From a virus (Duplodnaviria > Caudoviricetes): a stretch of DNA of 34,599 nt. The notes under the pieces are model-generated. The model was not told the origin of the DNA and made no database searches. It was given only the letters and a program-made list of their open reading frames with translations. The stretch lies in IMG/VR virus record IMGVR_UViG_3300007988_000044, positions 1 to 34,599 of that record, one strand, 5' to 3'. A program made the translations under genes and the position numbers. Below, piece after piece: positions 1 to 9,938 of the stretch (positions within the stretch are counted from its first letter, which is position 1; every line of letters begins with the position of its first letter).

Positions 1-216
1 CAAATGGCCAGAAACGGCATTAAGTGGGCCTAAAAAAATAGCCGTATTGTTCGCGGACTCTTGAAAGCCTTTAGCCATACGAGCATTAACATCGGCGGCT
101 TGCTTCGCATCTTTGCCATAGTCTCTAACCCGTTTTTTTGCCGCTTCCATTTCACTAATAAACTGAGCATTTTCAGCACCCAGTTTAATAATAAACTGAC
201 CAATTTCTTGACTCAT
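1..216 (-). CDS. tail tape measure protein, N-terminus (truncated by window edge)
   Basis: Hand-translated from ATG 216: MSQEIGQFIIKLGAENAQFISEMEAAKKRV...GPLNAVSGHL, open to the edge; follows the G/T chaperone pair. Confidence 0.8.
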   Translation of the reverse strand, partial: MSQEIGQFIIKLGAENAQFISEMEAAKKRVRDYGKDAKQAADVNARMAKGFQESANNTAIFLGPLNAVSGHL

Positions 217-219
217 GGA

Positions 220-495
220 TTATCCTTTTCTTACCACGCCGGACATGCCAGACATTGACGCTTTCATTAATCGCCAGTCTTTTTCTTCAACGGGTTTTTC
301 GCAGTGGTAAATATCGAAAATTTCAGGGCTGACAGGATTCTTGCTGTGCGCGTTATGAAACATGCTGAGTTGGTAATTGCCATAGTAACGCTGTGGGTCT
401 TGGTACCAAGGCCGATTAGTAATAGCCTGGTACCAACCATCTAAATCACTGCAAGTCATTTCTGATAACATCTGCTTTACGTCTAACCTGCCCAT
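220..495 (-). CDS. tail assembly chaperone gpT-like (C-terminal part of the G-T frameshift product)
   Basis: Reading frame stays open upstream to the slippery site at 543-549; lies between gpG and the tape measure gene. Confidence 0.8.
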   Translation of the reverse strand: MGRLDVKQMLSEMTCSDLDGWYQAITNRPWYQDPQRYYGNYQLSMFHNAHSKNPVSPEIFDIYHCEKPVEEKDWRLMKASMSGMSGVVRKG

Positions 496-536
496 GCGCT
501 CGGCAAGTTGGTACCCAAAGCTATAACCTGCCAGCC

Positions 537-935
537 CTAGGGGTTTCCCCCTTGTTCAACTTTGTCATCCATTCCTGAGACCTTAAACGCAGCCTGAGCA
601 AGCGTGTTTAGATCACCGTCTGGCAATTGCTCAACTTGATAAAGCAGCTTATCAAATTCTACTTCAATGCCAGGCTTTAAACAGATGGCCACTAAAAAAG
701 CGGTCTGCTTACGGTTATTTTTTGAAAGCACCCATGTTTGGGCATAATATCGGCCTAATTCCTGTGGATCATCAATATCCTCATCAATAGCGGCTGACTT
801 CATACTAGCCAAACCCTCAGAGCCAATCCTGAAATACTCACAGCGGTCAATAGCTGACGGTTCATAAATCGTAAACTCTTTACCCATACAGGGAACGGGG
901 ATCTGTTTACGTGATTCAAGGGGAAAAATATTCAT
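537..935 (-). CDS. tail assembly chaperone gpG-like
   Basis: Follows the tail tube gene; ends ...GGG GGA AAC CCC TAG. Confidence 0.8.
   Translation of the reverse strand: MNIFPLESRKQIPVPCMGKEFTIYEPSAIDRCEYFRIGSEGLASMKSAAIDEDIDDPQELGRYYAQTWVLSKNNRKQTAFLVAICLKPGIEVEFDKLLYQVEQLPDGDLNTLAQAAFKVSGMDDKVEQGGNP
543..549 (-). promoter_or_regulatory. -1 programmed frameshift slippery site G GGA AAC
   Basis: X XXY YYZ heptamer near the gpG stop; the -1 frame reads KPLGLAGYSFGYQLAERMGRLD into ORF 220..495, as in lambda G-T. Confidence 0.85.
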
Positions 936-943
936 TCATGCAC

Positions 944-1351
944 CTATACAGCAGGGGTTTCGAGGTATTCACCAGACAGTTTAAATTTCACTGTTCTCTG
1001 AATGGTTTCCTCTTTTGTGACTGATTTACCCCATCCGGTAATGTGGGCTTCAAAAGAGTCATAAGAGCCATCAGGATATTCAATCTTGTAAAAAAAGTTG
1101 CTCTTAGTCTGTTTGTCATCCTTCAGCGCCTGTTGGCCAGTATCCTTAGAATCAAACTCAAGAATAGCTGAAAGCTCACCAGGATCAGTTGTACCTGGCT
1201 CAAAGCGCTTAAATGAATCGTCACTATCTAAATAGCTTTTTTCTGAGCTAGAGCGGGTTTGTTCCGCTGGGGTAATATCTAAAAGTTTTGCAATACGGGT
1301 ATAGGTTACTCCGTCATTAGAACGGAAAAATTTAGTGCCTGAACCGATCAT
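944..1351 (-). CDS. major tail tube protein
   Basis: GSGTKF...PGTTDPGELS...YKIEYPDG...FKLSG pattern typical of siphovirus tail tubes; synteny. Confidence 0.85.
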   Translation of the reverse strand: MIGSGTKFFRSNDGVTYTRIAKLLDITPAEQTRSSSEKSYLDSDDSFKRFEPGTTDPGELSAILEFDSKDTGQQALKDDKQTKSNFFYKIEYPDGSYDSFEAHITGWGKSVTKEETIQRTVKFKLSGEYLETPAV

Positions 1352-1361
1352 ATAAAATTCC

Positions 1362-1781
1362 TCATTGCAGGGTTATTTTGAATGTAATAGTTAACGAACA
1401 TAAATTTGATTCAGTATCGGTTTCATACTCAAAACTAACACCTAGAATCTTGTTTTTTACGTGCTCAATTTTCTTATTATTGAACGTGTCCCAAATTACT
1501 TTCCCACGCTTATCAAGTAGCTCTTCAGGGTGATAATGATCTCCTTTTACACAGCTAATAATCTGCAATAAATACTGAGTTTCGTTTTCATCTTCATCAG
1601 GTTTACGGATAATCAGTGGATCAGATAAATAGATAAGTGAGGCGGGTAACTCATCGGGATTTACATTAGTGCGTCCTGGTAAAACACTATCGGTAAAAGC
1701 CTTTTCAGCAAATGCATCAGTAAGTAAGTTAACCGCCTCTAAACGGGCAGCATTAGTATGATCAAAAGGGTTATAACTCAT
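1362..1781 (-). CDS. tail terminator (gpU position)
   Basis: 139 aa acidic protein, ELPA motif, immediately upstream of the tail tube gene. Confidence 0.6.
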   Translation of the reverse strand: MSYNPFDHTNAARLEAVNLLTDAFAEKAFTDSVLPGRTNVNPDELPASLIYLSDPLIIRKPDEDENETQYLLQIISCVKGDHYHPEELLDKRGKVIWDTFNNKKIEHVKNKILGVSFEYETDTESNLCSLTITFKITLQ

Positions 1782-2419
1782 TTTTTAAGCAATCCTATTT
1801 TTGCCTGGCGCAATAGTTCTGCGGCTAAAAAATTGCCCGCATTATTTCTAAGCTGTGATCTGGTTTCTCTTATTGCATGGCGGGTAATGGCTGATTTTGT
1901 TTCGAGCTTAATGACTTCAAGAGGGTAACGGCTAGATCCAGTTCGGCGCATGACCTGGTAACGGCCCTTAAGCACCCCTTTAGCGTGTTTGGTAACACCT
2001 GCGGCCACAAAGGCACCACTGAAAACATGATTGCCCGCCTTAATCGTTTTGCGCTTACGCATACGTGGCAAACGAGTATCTTGGCTTTCAGGCTTACGAA
2101 TCAATCTAACTACTGGGATCGCAGTGCGGCCCATTTTTATTTGAGCCTCTAGCCGTTTTTGGCTGGCGAGGCGCATTCTAAAACGGGGCTTTTTCTGGCC
2201 CGCTTTCCCTTTTGGATCGTGATACTTGAGTACCGATACAGGGATTTTAAGCTGATTAGCGGCATTTTTTATCGTGGCGGTATTAATGGCCCTAGCCATT
2301 TTATTGGTACTGGCGGCGGCTGCCCTTGGTAATAATATTGAGCCAAGGCGAGTTAAGTTAGTAATCGCTCGATTCATTTCAGGTACAAAATCAACCTCAT
2401 ACCAACTTAACTTACGCAT
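1778..2419 (-). CDS. minor tail/tail completion protein gpZ-like
   Basis: Very basic; AFVA...QVMRRTGSSRYPLEVIK motif; start placed at ATG 2419 after the upstream stop. Confidence 0.75.
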   Translation of the reverse strand: MRKLSWYEVDFVPEMNRAITNLTRLGSILLPRAAAASTNKMARAINTATIKNAANQLKIPVSVLKYHDPKGKAGQKKPRFRMRLASQKRLEAQIKMGRTAIPVVRLIRKPESQDTRLPRMRKRKTIKAGNHVFSGAFVAAGVTKHAKGVLKGRYQVMRRTGSSRYPLEVIKLETKSAITRHAIRETRSQLRNNAGNFLAAELLRQAKIGLLKK

Positions 2420-2420
2420 A

Positions 2421-2615
2421 CTATTTGGCCTTTGGCTTATCGACTTCAGGCGTGAAGTTAACCTTCTCACCACGAGTTAACTTAGCCTTATAACAATTAA
2501 TGGCACTACGGGCCTCGGCATCAGGTAAATCAACAATACAAGGCTTACCATTAACATTGGATGGAATCTCACCTAATGTTGGTGATTTAAACGGGCTACG
2601 TACTTCAACAATCAT
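2421..2615 (-). CDS. hypothetical virion-operon protein (64 aa)
   Basis: Fills the gap; overlaps the upstream stop codon. Confidence 0.6.
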   Translation of the reverse strand: MIVEVRSPFKSPTLGEIPSNVNGKPCIVDLPDAEARSAINCYKAKLTRGEKVNFTPEVDKPKAK

Positions 2616-2902
2616 GATCTGTTCTCCAATTCAAACGGCGTATTACTGCCATCTTTAGGGTGAATTTTCCCCACTCGATGTTCAACACCGTTAATCAATA
2701 CCAGATAACCACGCTTAAACTGATTAGGCAGCAATGCCGTGGCAACCTGCCAAACATTAACATCTGAAGCCTGATCACCAAGGTAAGTCGTTATCGTGTC
2801 CTCAATGGCGCTAACATCAACGCCATCAATAGTGATAGTTTGCCCAAAAGCATCGACCTGGGCGCTATCAAGTAACGCATCAAACGCATCAAACGCCGTC
2901 AT
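2612..2902 (-). CDS. head-tail joining protein (gpFII-like)
   Basis: Size, FD...D...FG N-terminus, synteny. Confidence 0.6.
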   Translation of the reverse strand: MTAFDAFDALLDSAQVDAFGQTITIDGVDVSAIEDTITTYLGDQASDVNVWQVATALLPNQFKRGYLVLINGVEHRVGKIHPKDGSNTPFELENRS

Positions 2903-2903
2903 A

Positions 2904-3314
2904 TTAGACCTTGTTTTTTATGATCCCCTCTTCAACAAGATCATCCGCAACATCAGCGCTAACTTGCTGAGTCCCGGCTTTCAAATGAAGAGGTTTAGTA
3001 TCAACGAGAATGGTTACGGCATGGGGCAATTCGACCGTGACCAGGATTTTATCTTGTGGCTTGGTTGAACCTTCATTAAGGTTTTGTTTACCATTTGATT
3101 GCTGATTAGTGAGATCATCACCAGGCAAAATCTTATCAACCATTTCAGCTAATTGATCTAATGTTTTGCCATCAAGTTCAGAAAGTTCAATATTGTTTTC
3201 ATGCAAATATTCTAAGGCGAGATTCGTAGCATAGGCTTCTTTTACTTCTTTGTTGCCTGTTGGAATTTCACCACCAAGTAACTGAATCAGTAAATCAATT
3301 GCGGTAACTGTCAT
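2904..3314 (-). CDS. hypothetical protein at the gpFI (packaging accessory) position
   Basis: Acidic 136 aa directly after the major capsid gene. Confidence 0.55.
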   Translation of the reverse strand: MTVTAIDLLIQLLGGEIPTGNKEVKEAYATNLALEYLHENNIELSELDGKTLDQLAEMVDKILPGDDLTNQQSNGKQNLNEGSTKPQDKILVTVELPHAVTILVDTKPLHLKAGTQQVSADVADDLVEEGIIKNKV

Positions 3315-3328
3315 GTTATTTGTCTCAT

Positions 3329-3352
3329 AAAAAAGGCCGCTATCGCGGCCTT
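3329..3352 (-). terminator. intrinsic terminator after the major capsid gene
   Basis: AAGGCCGC-4nt-GCGGCCTT stem followed by a T run on the minus strand. Confidence 0.7.
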
Positions 3353-3382
3353 ATTAATGTTAAATAAAAGGGTTTGTTTGGA

Positions 3383-4408
3383 TTAGTACGCTTTTAAGTA
3401 CACAAAATCATCGGGATGATCCGGCACAGGCAATGGCGCTGATTGCGTCATTATAAACTCACCCGCTGGATCATCTTTAGTAAACTCTTTGGGGAAGCGC
3501 TCAAACGAATCATAATTCGCTTTTGGGTCATGGATCATGCCATAGCACATAGTACCTTCGGCACTGGCACCGCCCATGATGATTTCGCCATCGAGAACAA
3601 ATTTCTCTTCAACACCATCATCATTATCAAAGGTTCCGGTATAAACCCAAATTTCAATCGCGCCATAATCGCCCATTTTGACAAATAACTGGCCATTAAA
3701 GGCCGCCGTTTCAAGACGGCTGTCACTGCCTCGGCGGGTCTCCAATTTATCTTTGATACATTTAAACTCACAGAACTGGGCATAGGTATGTGAGTTCATG
3801 TAAAACGCAGTCACTGGATTGCGAGCATTAGCCATATACGCCGTTAGATCAGAATCTAAGGCATAGGTTTCTTTATTAAGTTGATCCCACTTTGCGGCAC
3901 CGACTAGCTTAATGGTGTTATTAGGATTGCGCCCAAAATCGATTTCAGATTTAGGGTAAAACTCAGACTCAATAACGACTTTGCCAAACTTAACTAACTG
4001 ACAACACATCCACTCTTCGGCAATGGTTATTTCATAGTCTTGTTCAATGGCCATATTGCCCATAATGGCATCACGGCGCTCTTCTGGCGTGAGTGGGGTA
4101 TCATACCCTTCACCAGGTAAGCGGCTTTGTAAATCACTAGGAACCAAAGCATCCAGCGGCTTTAAATACGCAGGAAAAACCGATTGCGTAGAACTGCCTT
4201 CGCGGCGGCGCGCAACACCTTGGATAATTGGGCTGACAAACGGTGCACGTTTGTTTTTACGAGTCACTTTATCTAAGTCAATTTTAGCTGACTTAAAAAA
4301 CATGCGTTTACTGAAAAATAGGCTCGCAAATACAGGCATAAATTTTTTACGTGTAGTTTGCAAACCAATCAGGGTAGCGGTTGTAAGGGCCATATACATT
4401 TTCTCCAC
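3383..4408 (-). CDS. major capsid protein (lambda gpE family); likely start at 4393
   Basis: APFVSP, PAYLKP, EEWMCCQ, IDFGR, MTQSAPLP motifs of gpE. Confidence 0.93.
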   Translation of the reverse strand: MEKMYMALTTATLIGLQTTRKKFMPVFASLFFSKRMFFKSAKIDLDKVTRKNKRAPFVSPIIQGVARRREGSSTQSVFPAYLKPLDALVPSDLQSRLPGEGYDTPLTPEERRDAIMGNMAIEQDYEITIAEEWMCCQLVKFGKVVIESEFYPKSEIDFGRNPNNTIKLVGAAKWDQLNKETYALDSDLTAYMANARNPVTAFYMNSHTYAQFCEFKCIKDKLETRRGSDSRLETAAFNGQLFVKMGDYGAIEIWVYTGTFDNDDGVEEKFVLDGEIIMGGASAEGTMCYGMIHDPKANYDSFERFPKEFTKDDPAGEFIMTQSAPLPVPDHPDDFVYLKAY

Positions 4409-4433
4409 AAAAAAACCGCCTATTGGCGGTTTT
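4409..4433 (-). terminator. terminator-like hairpin between gpD and gpE
   Basis: AAAACCGCC-TATT-GGCGGTTTT with A/T runs on both sides. Confidence 0.6.
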
Positions 4434-4472
4434 GGTGTTTATTAAAGGATGAATTAAACAGGATAAAGCGGG

Positions 4473-4838
4473 TTAAACTGGCAAGCTGATATTGATACCT
4501 TTACCAACAAAGGCTGCTTTTTGCTTATCTAATGTATCTAAACTGACATGCCAGTTAATTGCTTCAGCATTAAACTTACCGCCATCATAAATAGGCTGGT
4601 AAGCGGAGCCATCTGTCGTATCAACATCATGCACATTGATACCGATGGCATTTTGTGTACCGTCGGCAGCCGCTGGATCATGTTTGTATGCCAGTTTATC
4701 AGCGGTTTTAATTGCAATAGGTGTATGTGCCGAAATTGTTTGTCCGGCGGCAAAATGTAAGGTGCCAGTGGTATAGGTACCTAAAAAAAGTTGCGATAAT
4801 GTGTGATTAACCACACTTGATCCTGCTGGATTATACAT
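4473..4838 (-). CDS. head decoration protein gpD-like
   Basis: ADGTQNAIGI...GKFNAEAINW motif; upstream of the capsid gene. Confidence 0.85.
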   Translation of the reverse strand: MYNPAGSSVVNHTLSQLFLGTYTTGTLHFAAGQTISAHTPIAIKTADKLAYKHDPAAADGTQNAIGINVHDVDTTDGSAYQPIYDGGKFNAEAINWHVSLDTLDKQKAAFVGKGINISLPV

Positions 4839-4893
4839 AGTGTCATCCCCGATAAAACGTAAGTTAAAAATGCAAAACGTTAATTAATAGCTG

Positions 4894-5265
4894 TTACTTT
4901 TTCTTTGGCCCAAAAGCACGATCAAGTAGGCTATTTGCAGCTTGCAAATCATTTTTTTCAGGCGTGTTTTCATCATCGCCCAATGGCTTTTGACTGTGTT
5001 CTTGCATCAGTTCTTCTAACTGACCACCATCCGTAAGCTTTTCTTCACCAGCAACGGATAAAGTACCCTTAGCCTGTTCAAGCGTCATGCTTGGCATAGC
5101 AGCAAGTGCATGCGCCAGTTTTGGGCGGCTCTTAGCTTCATCACAACCCAATATTGATAAAACGCGCTCATTTTCAGCTTTTACAGCAGTGGCAACATCA
5201 GCATTAGCTTTTGCGGCAAGTTCTGCGGCTTCGGCGGCTGCGGCGGCTTTTTCTTCATCACTCAT
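4894..5265 (-). CDS. nested scaffold protein (Nu3-like) from an internal start
   Basis: AGGAG 8 nt before in-frame ATG 5265 (MSDEEKAAAA...ENERVLSILGCDEAK). Confidence 0.7.
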   Translation of the reverse strand: MSDEEKAAAAAEAAELAAKANADVATAVKAENERVLSILGCDEAKSRPKLAHALAAMPSMTLEQAKGTLSVAGEEKLTDGGQLEELMQEHSQKPLGDDENTPEKNDLQAANSLLDRAFGPKKK

Positions 5266-6186
5266 CTTCAACGCTCCTAACGGTTTTTGTGTGCCGGACT
5301 TGGCAGCATGATTAATTAACTCTAAATGAAATTCATCAGCACTCATAAGCGCATCAGCAAAACCAATATCGACAATTGCCTGACCTCTAAACGTGGCGCT
5401 TTGAGTGCTTAAAACACTTTGCACATCGATACCGCGCCATGTGGCAACTTTATTAGAAAAGAATTGGTGTAATTCAGCCATTTCATCTTGAATTTCGGCT
5501 GAAAGTTCAGTGCTAAGTGCATTGTATGGATTGCCATCAGCTTTTTTATCTCCGGCATAAAAAAGCGTGATTTTAAAACCTGCATCTTCAATCGCTTTTG
5601 ACATATCGGTATGAGCACAGATAACCCCAACGCTGCCAGCAATTGCTGTTTCAGTCACAATCACGCGATCACAACTGGCGGCTATCGCATAGCAGGCGCT
5701 ACAGGCTAACTCGTTAACAATGGCCCAAATCGGCTTTTTACCGCGCACATGGGCATAAATATAATCGCATAGTGCAAAGCATCCGCTTACCTCACCGCCT
5801 GAGCTGTCAGTGTCCAACCCAATAGCTTTAACATTAGGGTCGGCAAGCGCTAAATCGATATTTGCCCGAATGCCATCATAACCAGTCATGCCGGAATATG
5901 GCTTCAGCGTACCTAGCTTATGAACTAATGATCCGCTTAATGGGATATACGCCACACCGCCTTTAATTTGATAAGGCATATTAGTACCGCGTGGATTGCT
6001 ATAGCTTTCTGCCATTTCTAACAACTGCTGACCATCCAGTGACACATCACCATCTTGTAAGCTAGCGACAGGCATGCCACGCCCTTGCAGTGAGCCGATC
6101 ACAGTGGATAAATAACTCGCTTGCACCATTAAAGGCGTATTAAGTAAACGGCTGGCCAAGTGCAAACTAATTCGGGTCTTACTCAT
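4894..6186 (-). CDS. S49 prohead protease gpC with C-terminal scaffold
   Basis: DSSGGEVSG, ACSACYAIA, GSVGV, KADGNPY motifs. Confidence 0.92.
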   Translation of the reverse strand: MSKTRISLHLASRLLNTPLMVQASYLSTVIGSLQGRGMPVASLQDGDVSLDGQQLLEMAESYSNPRGTNMPYQIKGGVAYIPLSGSLVHKLGTLKPYSGMTGYDGIRANIDLALADPNVKAIGLDTDSSGGEVSGCFALCDYIYAHVRGKKPIWAIVNELACSACYAIAASCDRVIVTETAIAGSVGVICAHTDMSKAIEDAGFKITLFYAGDKKADGNPYNALSTELSAEIQDEMAELHQFFSNKVATWRGIDVQSVLSTQSATFRGQAIVDIGFADALMSADEFHLELINHAAKSGTQKPLGALKMSDEEKAAAAAEAAELAAKANADVATAVKAENERVLSILGCDEAKSRPKLAHALAAMPSMTLEQAKGTLSVAGEEKLTDGGQLEELMQEHSQKPLGDDENTPEKNDLQAANSLLDRAFGPKKK

Positions 6187-7735
6187 GGGTATTTACTCCG
6201 GGCGCTTCAGTAGTAACTTTGCCTTTGCTAGTGTTCCATGGCGCCGTTCTACCTCGCGCCTTCATGTCAAAATCTTCAATATCTTGCTGCTCAACAACTT
6301 CATCATAATCTTTGCTAAGGGCCGCCATTTCATCCTCAAGCGTTGTTAACCCAAGCTCTAGCTTTTCCCTGGCTTCCTTCATTTCTTTCAAGCCATCAAT
6401 GTTTGGCTTACCCGTACCCAACCATTTGCCGCGCGTTAACGCATTTTGACAGGCATAAAAATTATTAATGCCTGGCGGCAATTTAACCCGACCTGCGTTT
6501 ATTTCCTCTTCAAGCCAATTAGTGAGCATCATCTTACTGGCCCGCGCGGGAACTAAAGCGCGGCGGCCTGAGAAAAAGACAAATGACTGGGCGATACCAG
6601 CCCTTGCGCTTGAGTAATTTGTTTTACTGTAGTCACGGCTTAACATTTCATAAGAAACGCCTAAATTACTGGCTAAGTAACGTAAAATACTTGATTCATA
6701 CTCAGCCATACCGCCAGGCGCACTAGAACGATGTAGATTCAGTTTTTCATTCGGCAATAAGTGCGGTACGCGCATACCATTAAGGCGAATATCAGCGCCA
6801 TCGTGGTAAGCCTGGGTATTGCCTAAATAGTTGGCTAATGGATCAACACTGCTATCACCATTACCAGTACCTAACACCGCCGCGCGCATAATTTCTGAGT
6901 CCATTTCTGACTCAATTGTGGCGGCAAAAAACGCATTGATAATGGCATTTTGCAGCGTGGCATCTTGGAATTTATCCAATAGCTCAATGCGCCTTAATGA
7001 TGAAATCAAATCTGAAATGGCTCTAGTTTGGCCATCTTCCCACGGCTCAAATAAGTGCAACATTTGGCGACGGCCCCAAGGTAGGTATTGCTCGATATAA
7101 CGCCATGAATGTCCGCCGGGCTCGCTTGGGTGGCGCTCTCTAGCCCAGTAACCCATTACCCGACCATAATCGCCCAGTTTTACCCCATATTTGCAGGTAT
7201 CGGTATTTGATTTGCCATGCGGGTTTGAAATGCGATCAGGACTAATTAACTTAAATGAAGTCTTGTTTTTAGTACCTTGTTGACTAAACCAGGTACTTTG
7301 CATAAATCCTTCATTGCGGCGAGTGTGTGTTAATACCAGTTCACGCATCATCATCGTTAATGTGCGTTTACCTTCTGCATCAATAAAGCCACGATCATCA
7401 TCAGCATAATCATGAAAACGGCGCTCAATATCCTTTGCCCATTGGCGCCCGACCTGCGGATCAACACCTAATAAGGCCCAATCAGGTTTAAGCTGTAAGC
7501 GCCAGTGGCTGCCAACGATATAATCAACATGCAATTGCATACCACCACGCGCATAGGCATGGCCAGTAACTAACTTGTCACCCCTGGCATGGGTATTAGC
7601 TGCTAATGGCTGTAATAGCCTGTCAATCGACAAAGGACCATTACCAAACAGCATTGTGGTAGCGGTGGATTGGTTATTAGCGCTTGCGCTGGCAGCCATA
7701 GCGAATGGCTTACCGTTCATATCAACTATGCTCAT
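6179..7735 (-). CDS. portal protein (lambda gpB family)
   Basis: LGVSYEMLSRDYSKTNYSSARA, IDGLKE motifs. Confidence 0.95.
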   Translation of the reverse strand: MSIVDMNGKPFAMAASASANNQSTATTMLFGNGPLSIDRLLQPLAANTHARGDKLVTGHAYARGGMQLHVDYIVGSHWRLQLKPDWALLGVDPQVGRQWAKDIERRFHDYADDDRGFIDAEGKRTLTMMMRELVLTHTRRNEGFMQSTWFSQQGTKNKTSFKLISPDRISNPHGKSNTDTCKYGVKLGDYGRVMGYWARERHPSEPGGHSWRYIEQYLPWGRRQMLHLFEPWEDGQTRAISDLISSLRRIELLDKFQDATLQNAIINAFFAATIESEMDSEIMRAAVLGTGNGDSSVDPLANYLGNTQAYHDGADIRLNGMRVPHLLPNEKLNLHRSSAPGGMAEYESSILRYLASNLGVSYEMLSRDYSKTNYSSARAGIAQSFVFFSGRRALVPARASKMMLTNWLEEEINAGRVKLPPGINNFYACQNALTRGKWLGTGKPNIDGLKEMKEAREKLELGLTTLEDEMAALSKDYDEVVEQQDIEDFDMKARGRTAPWNTSKGKVTTEAPGVNTHE

Positions 7736-7923
7736 AGATTAATCCGTATAGCTGAACGTCCACCGCTTAATTGCTGAATATAGCGCTCAAGCTCAGCCAT
7801 ATTAGTTTGCTGAAATTGGACGTTTTTATCGCCGCGAGTAACACTAACCACCTTAGTTCCAGTTAAAAGAGCGTGTTTAGCGGCTTGTGCTTGTGCAAGT
7901 AATTGTGAATTAGTCAGGCTCAT
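7732..7923 (-). CDS. head completion protein gpW
   Basis: AKHALLTGTKVVSV...VQF...ELERYI. Confidence 0.9.
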   Translation of the reverse strand: MSLTNSQLLAQAQAAKHALLTGTKVVSVTRGDKNVQFQQTNMAELERYIQQLSGGRSAIRINL

Positions 7924-9938
7924 TATGTGTTGTTCCTTTGGCCGAGTTTGCCATACGGATTAGAGGATTTAGTGAGTGCCGGCTTTTCTTTATCCCGCTC
8001 TAATGCTTTGGCATTAAGATTTAAACCAAAGTGTTGAATGCTGAGTTCGAGGGCTGTAAAACTACCCACCGCGCAATCCCATGGCTCATTGCGGCGGCCT
8101 CGATCAATCCACACTAACCTTACTTTACGGTTATGGCGCTTAAGCTCTTTTTCTTCAGCGGTAAGCTGTTTGAAGTAAACCTCATCAGTAAAATCAGCAA
8201 TGGGGTAATGGCAATAACCACTGGGATAAAACCCATCATCACCCTTGATAAGATTGTGCCGATATTCCAATGTGTTTTTTACGCTTTCGGTATCAACCAT
8301 CGTTAGGTAAACACCATGCACATTCGCCTTACGCGGGAACGTGGTCGGCTTGTCGTATTCATTCCATCCCTTAGTGGGGATCAAAGTGAAAATACCTATG
8401 CGCTTACAAAATGAGTAAACCTCTTTGGTATAGTGACCACCTGAGTCAAAGCAGCCACGGGTTAACTTCAGTTTCCGACCATCTTCAGTGGTAAATTCAG
8501 CCTTAAGAATTATTTCTAATTCATTCCATATTTCAGGCTCTTTTGGATTACCAAATACCCTAAAATAACTAATCAGATAACTTTCGTTATTTTCGTCATA
8601 GGCCCTTAGTTCACCCTCAACCCGATCATTCTGCATATCGAGCCCGGCAAATATCACCAGGGCTTTGCGTGGTAATAGCAACTTACCATTCGCATCAACA
8701 GGGAAATGCTCCCGCCTTTCATACAATGATCCATGTTCTAGCGGTCGAGTGGCGTTTTTCCACGTTTCGCCAAGTGTGGTATTAACAAAGCCTTTAAACT
8801 TATCAATCAGACCTTTATTCTTTTTTTGATAATAAGCATCAAAAAAATCATGTAGCATTTCAGACCAGGTATACCAAGGGCTATATGCTGTCCAAATATG
8901 AAAGGCCACATGCCTAGGTGGATCAATTAGGTCGCCATCAACTGTCCTAAATGCGCTAGTGCTATCAATCCAAACACCACAGCTAGGATCTATCCATCGA
9001 CCATGCTTAATCATCCAATCAAGTTGGTCATTCGTGATTTTCTTATGGCAACTCTTATGCTCGCACTGGTAATAAATCGTTTTAGCGGCATCTTCCTTTG
9101 GGCTGAGTGAGTCGGGGAACTCATCTGGGAATGAAAACTTAAACCCATAATCTTTATCTTTACCGCCCCACTTTAATACCTGTTCGCCTTTACAGTGTGG
9201 GCAAGGTACGTGGTACCTAAAAAAGAAATCAGCATTATCGACTTCCTCCTGGATGATAGATCCCTCTTCATCCTTTGGCGTGGTACCTCTAACAGACTTA
9301 GGAAAAAGTGAGTTAGAGATACGTTTGTCACCCAATGTTAGCGGTGAACCTTCGCCCTCAATATCACGGTCAAATGCTTCTAGCTCATCGTAAAATGCAC
9401 AATCCTTTGTCATCCGACGATAGTTACCGCCAGACTTACCACCGCGAATGTCCATTATCGAACCGATAAAGGTTTTCTTTAAAATGCGGTTAAATTTATT
9501 ACTGGTAGCACCCCAAGGAAACACCTTGGCCATTACCTCAACGTCACGCAGCATAGGCGTAAGTTCGGTAAGTGAAAAATCCTCTGCATCGGGTTCGGTA
9601 GGCTGGAAAAGTACCGTATTGCGCTTTTTGTGCTCATGGAAATAGCCAAGCGCAGCCAAAATCATTTTGGTATAGCCAACCCTGGCAGATTTAATAAAAT
9701 CAACAATGCGAATGTCATCATTGCTAATGCAATCCATGATCGCTTTTTGAAATGGGATAGTTTCCCAGTTTCCTTCGGTATAACTGGATTCAGCAGACAA
9801 ATAAAAGTGTTTATCGGCCCACTCACTTAGGGTTAAGGATTCAGGCTTGCTAAGTGTCTGTTTCCATGCCTCCGCTATCGCCATACTTAAAGCAACTAGC
9901 GAGGTACGATTCCAGGTCAATTGGTTCCGTTGCTGCAT
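7923..9938 (-). CDS. terL: terminase large subunit (gpA family)
   Basis: KSARVGYTK Walker A, YDELEAF, TTP, VPCPHC, DSGG, RNEPWDC. Confidence 0.96.
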   Translation of the reverse strand: MQQRNQLTWNRTSLVALSMAIAEAWKQTLSKPESLTLSEWADKHFYLSAESSYTEGNWETIPFQKAIMDCISNDDIRIVDFIKSARVGYTKMILAALGYFHEHKKRNTVLFQPTEPDAEDFSLTELTPMLRDVEVMAKVFPWGATSNKFNRILKKTFIGSIMDIRGGKSGGNYRRMTKDCAFYDELEAFDRDIEGEGSPLTLGDKRISNSLFPKSVRGTTPKDEEGSIIQEEVDNADFFFRYHVPCPHCKGEQVLKWGGKDKDYGFKFSFPDEFPDSLSPKEDAAKTIYYQCEHKSCHKKITNDQLDWMIKHGRWIDPSCGVWIDSTSAFRTVDGDLIDPPRHVAFHIWTAYSPWYTWSEMLHDFFDAYYQKKNKGLIDKFKGFVNTTLGETWKNATRPLEHGSLYERREHFPVDANGKLLLPRKALVIFAGLDMQNDRVEGELRAYDENNESYLISYFRVFGNPKEPEIWNELEIILKAEFTTEDGRKLKLTRGCFDSGGHYTKEVYSFCKRIGIFTLIPTKGWNEYDKPTTFPRKANVHGVYLTMVDTESVKNTLEYRHNLIKGDDGFYPSGYCHYPIADFTDEVYFKQLTAEEKELKRHNRKVRLVWIDRGRRNEPWDCAVGSFTALELSIQHFGLNLNAKALERDKEKPALTKSSNPYGKLGQRNNT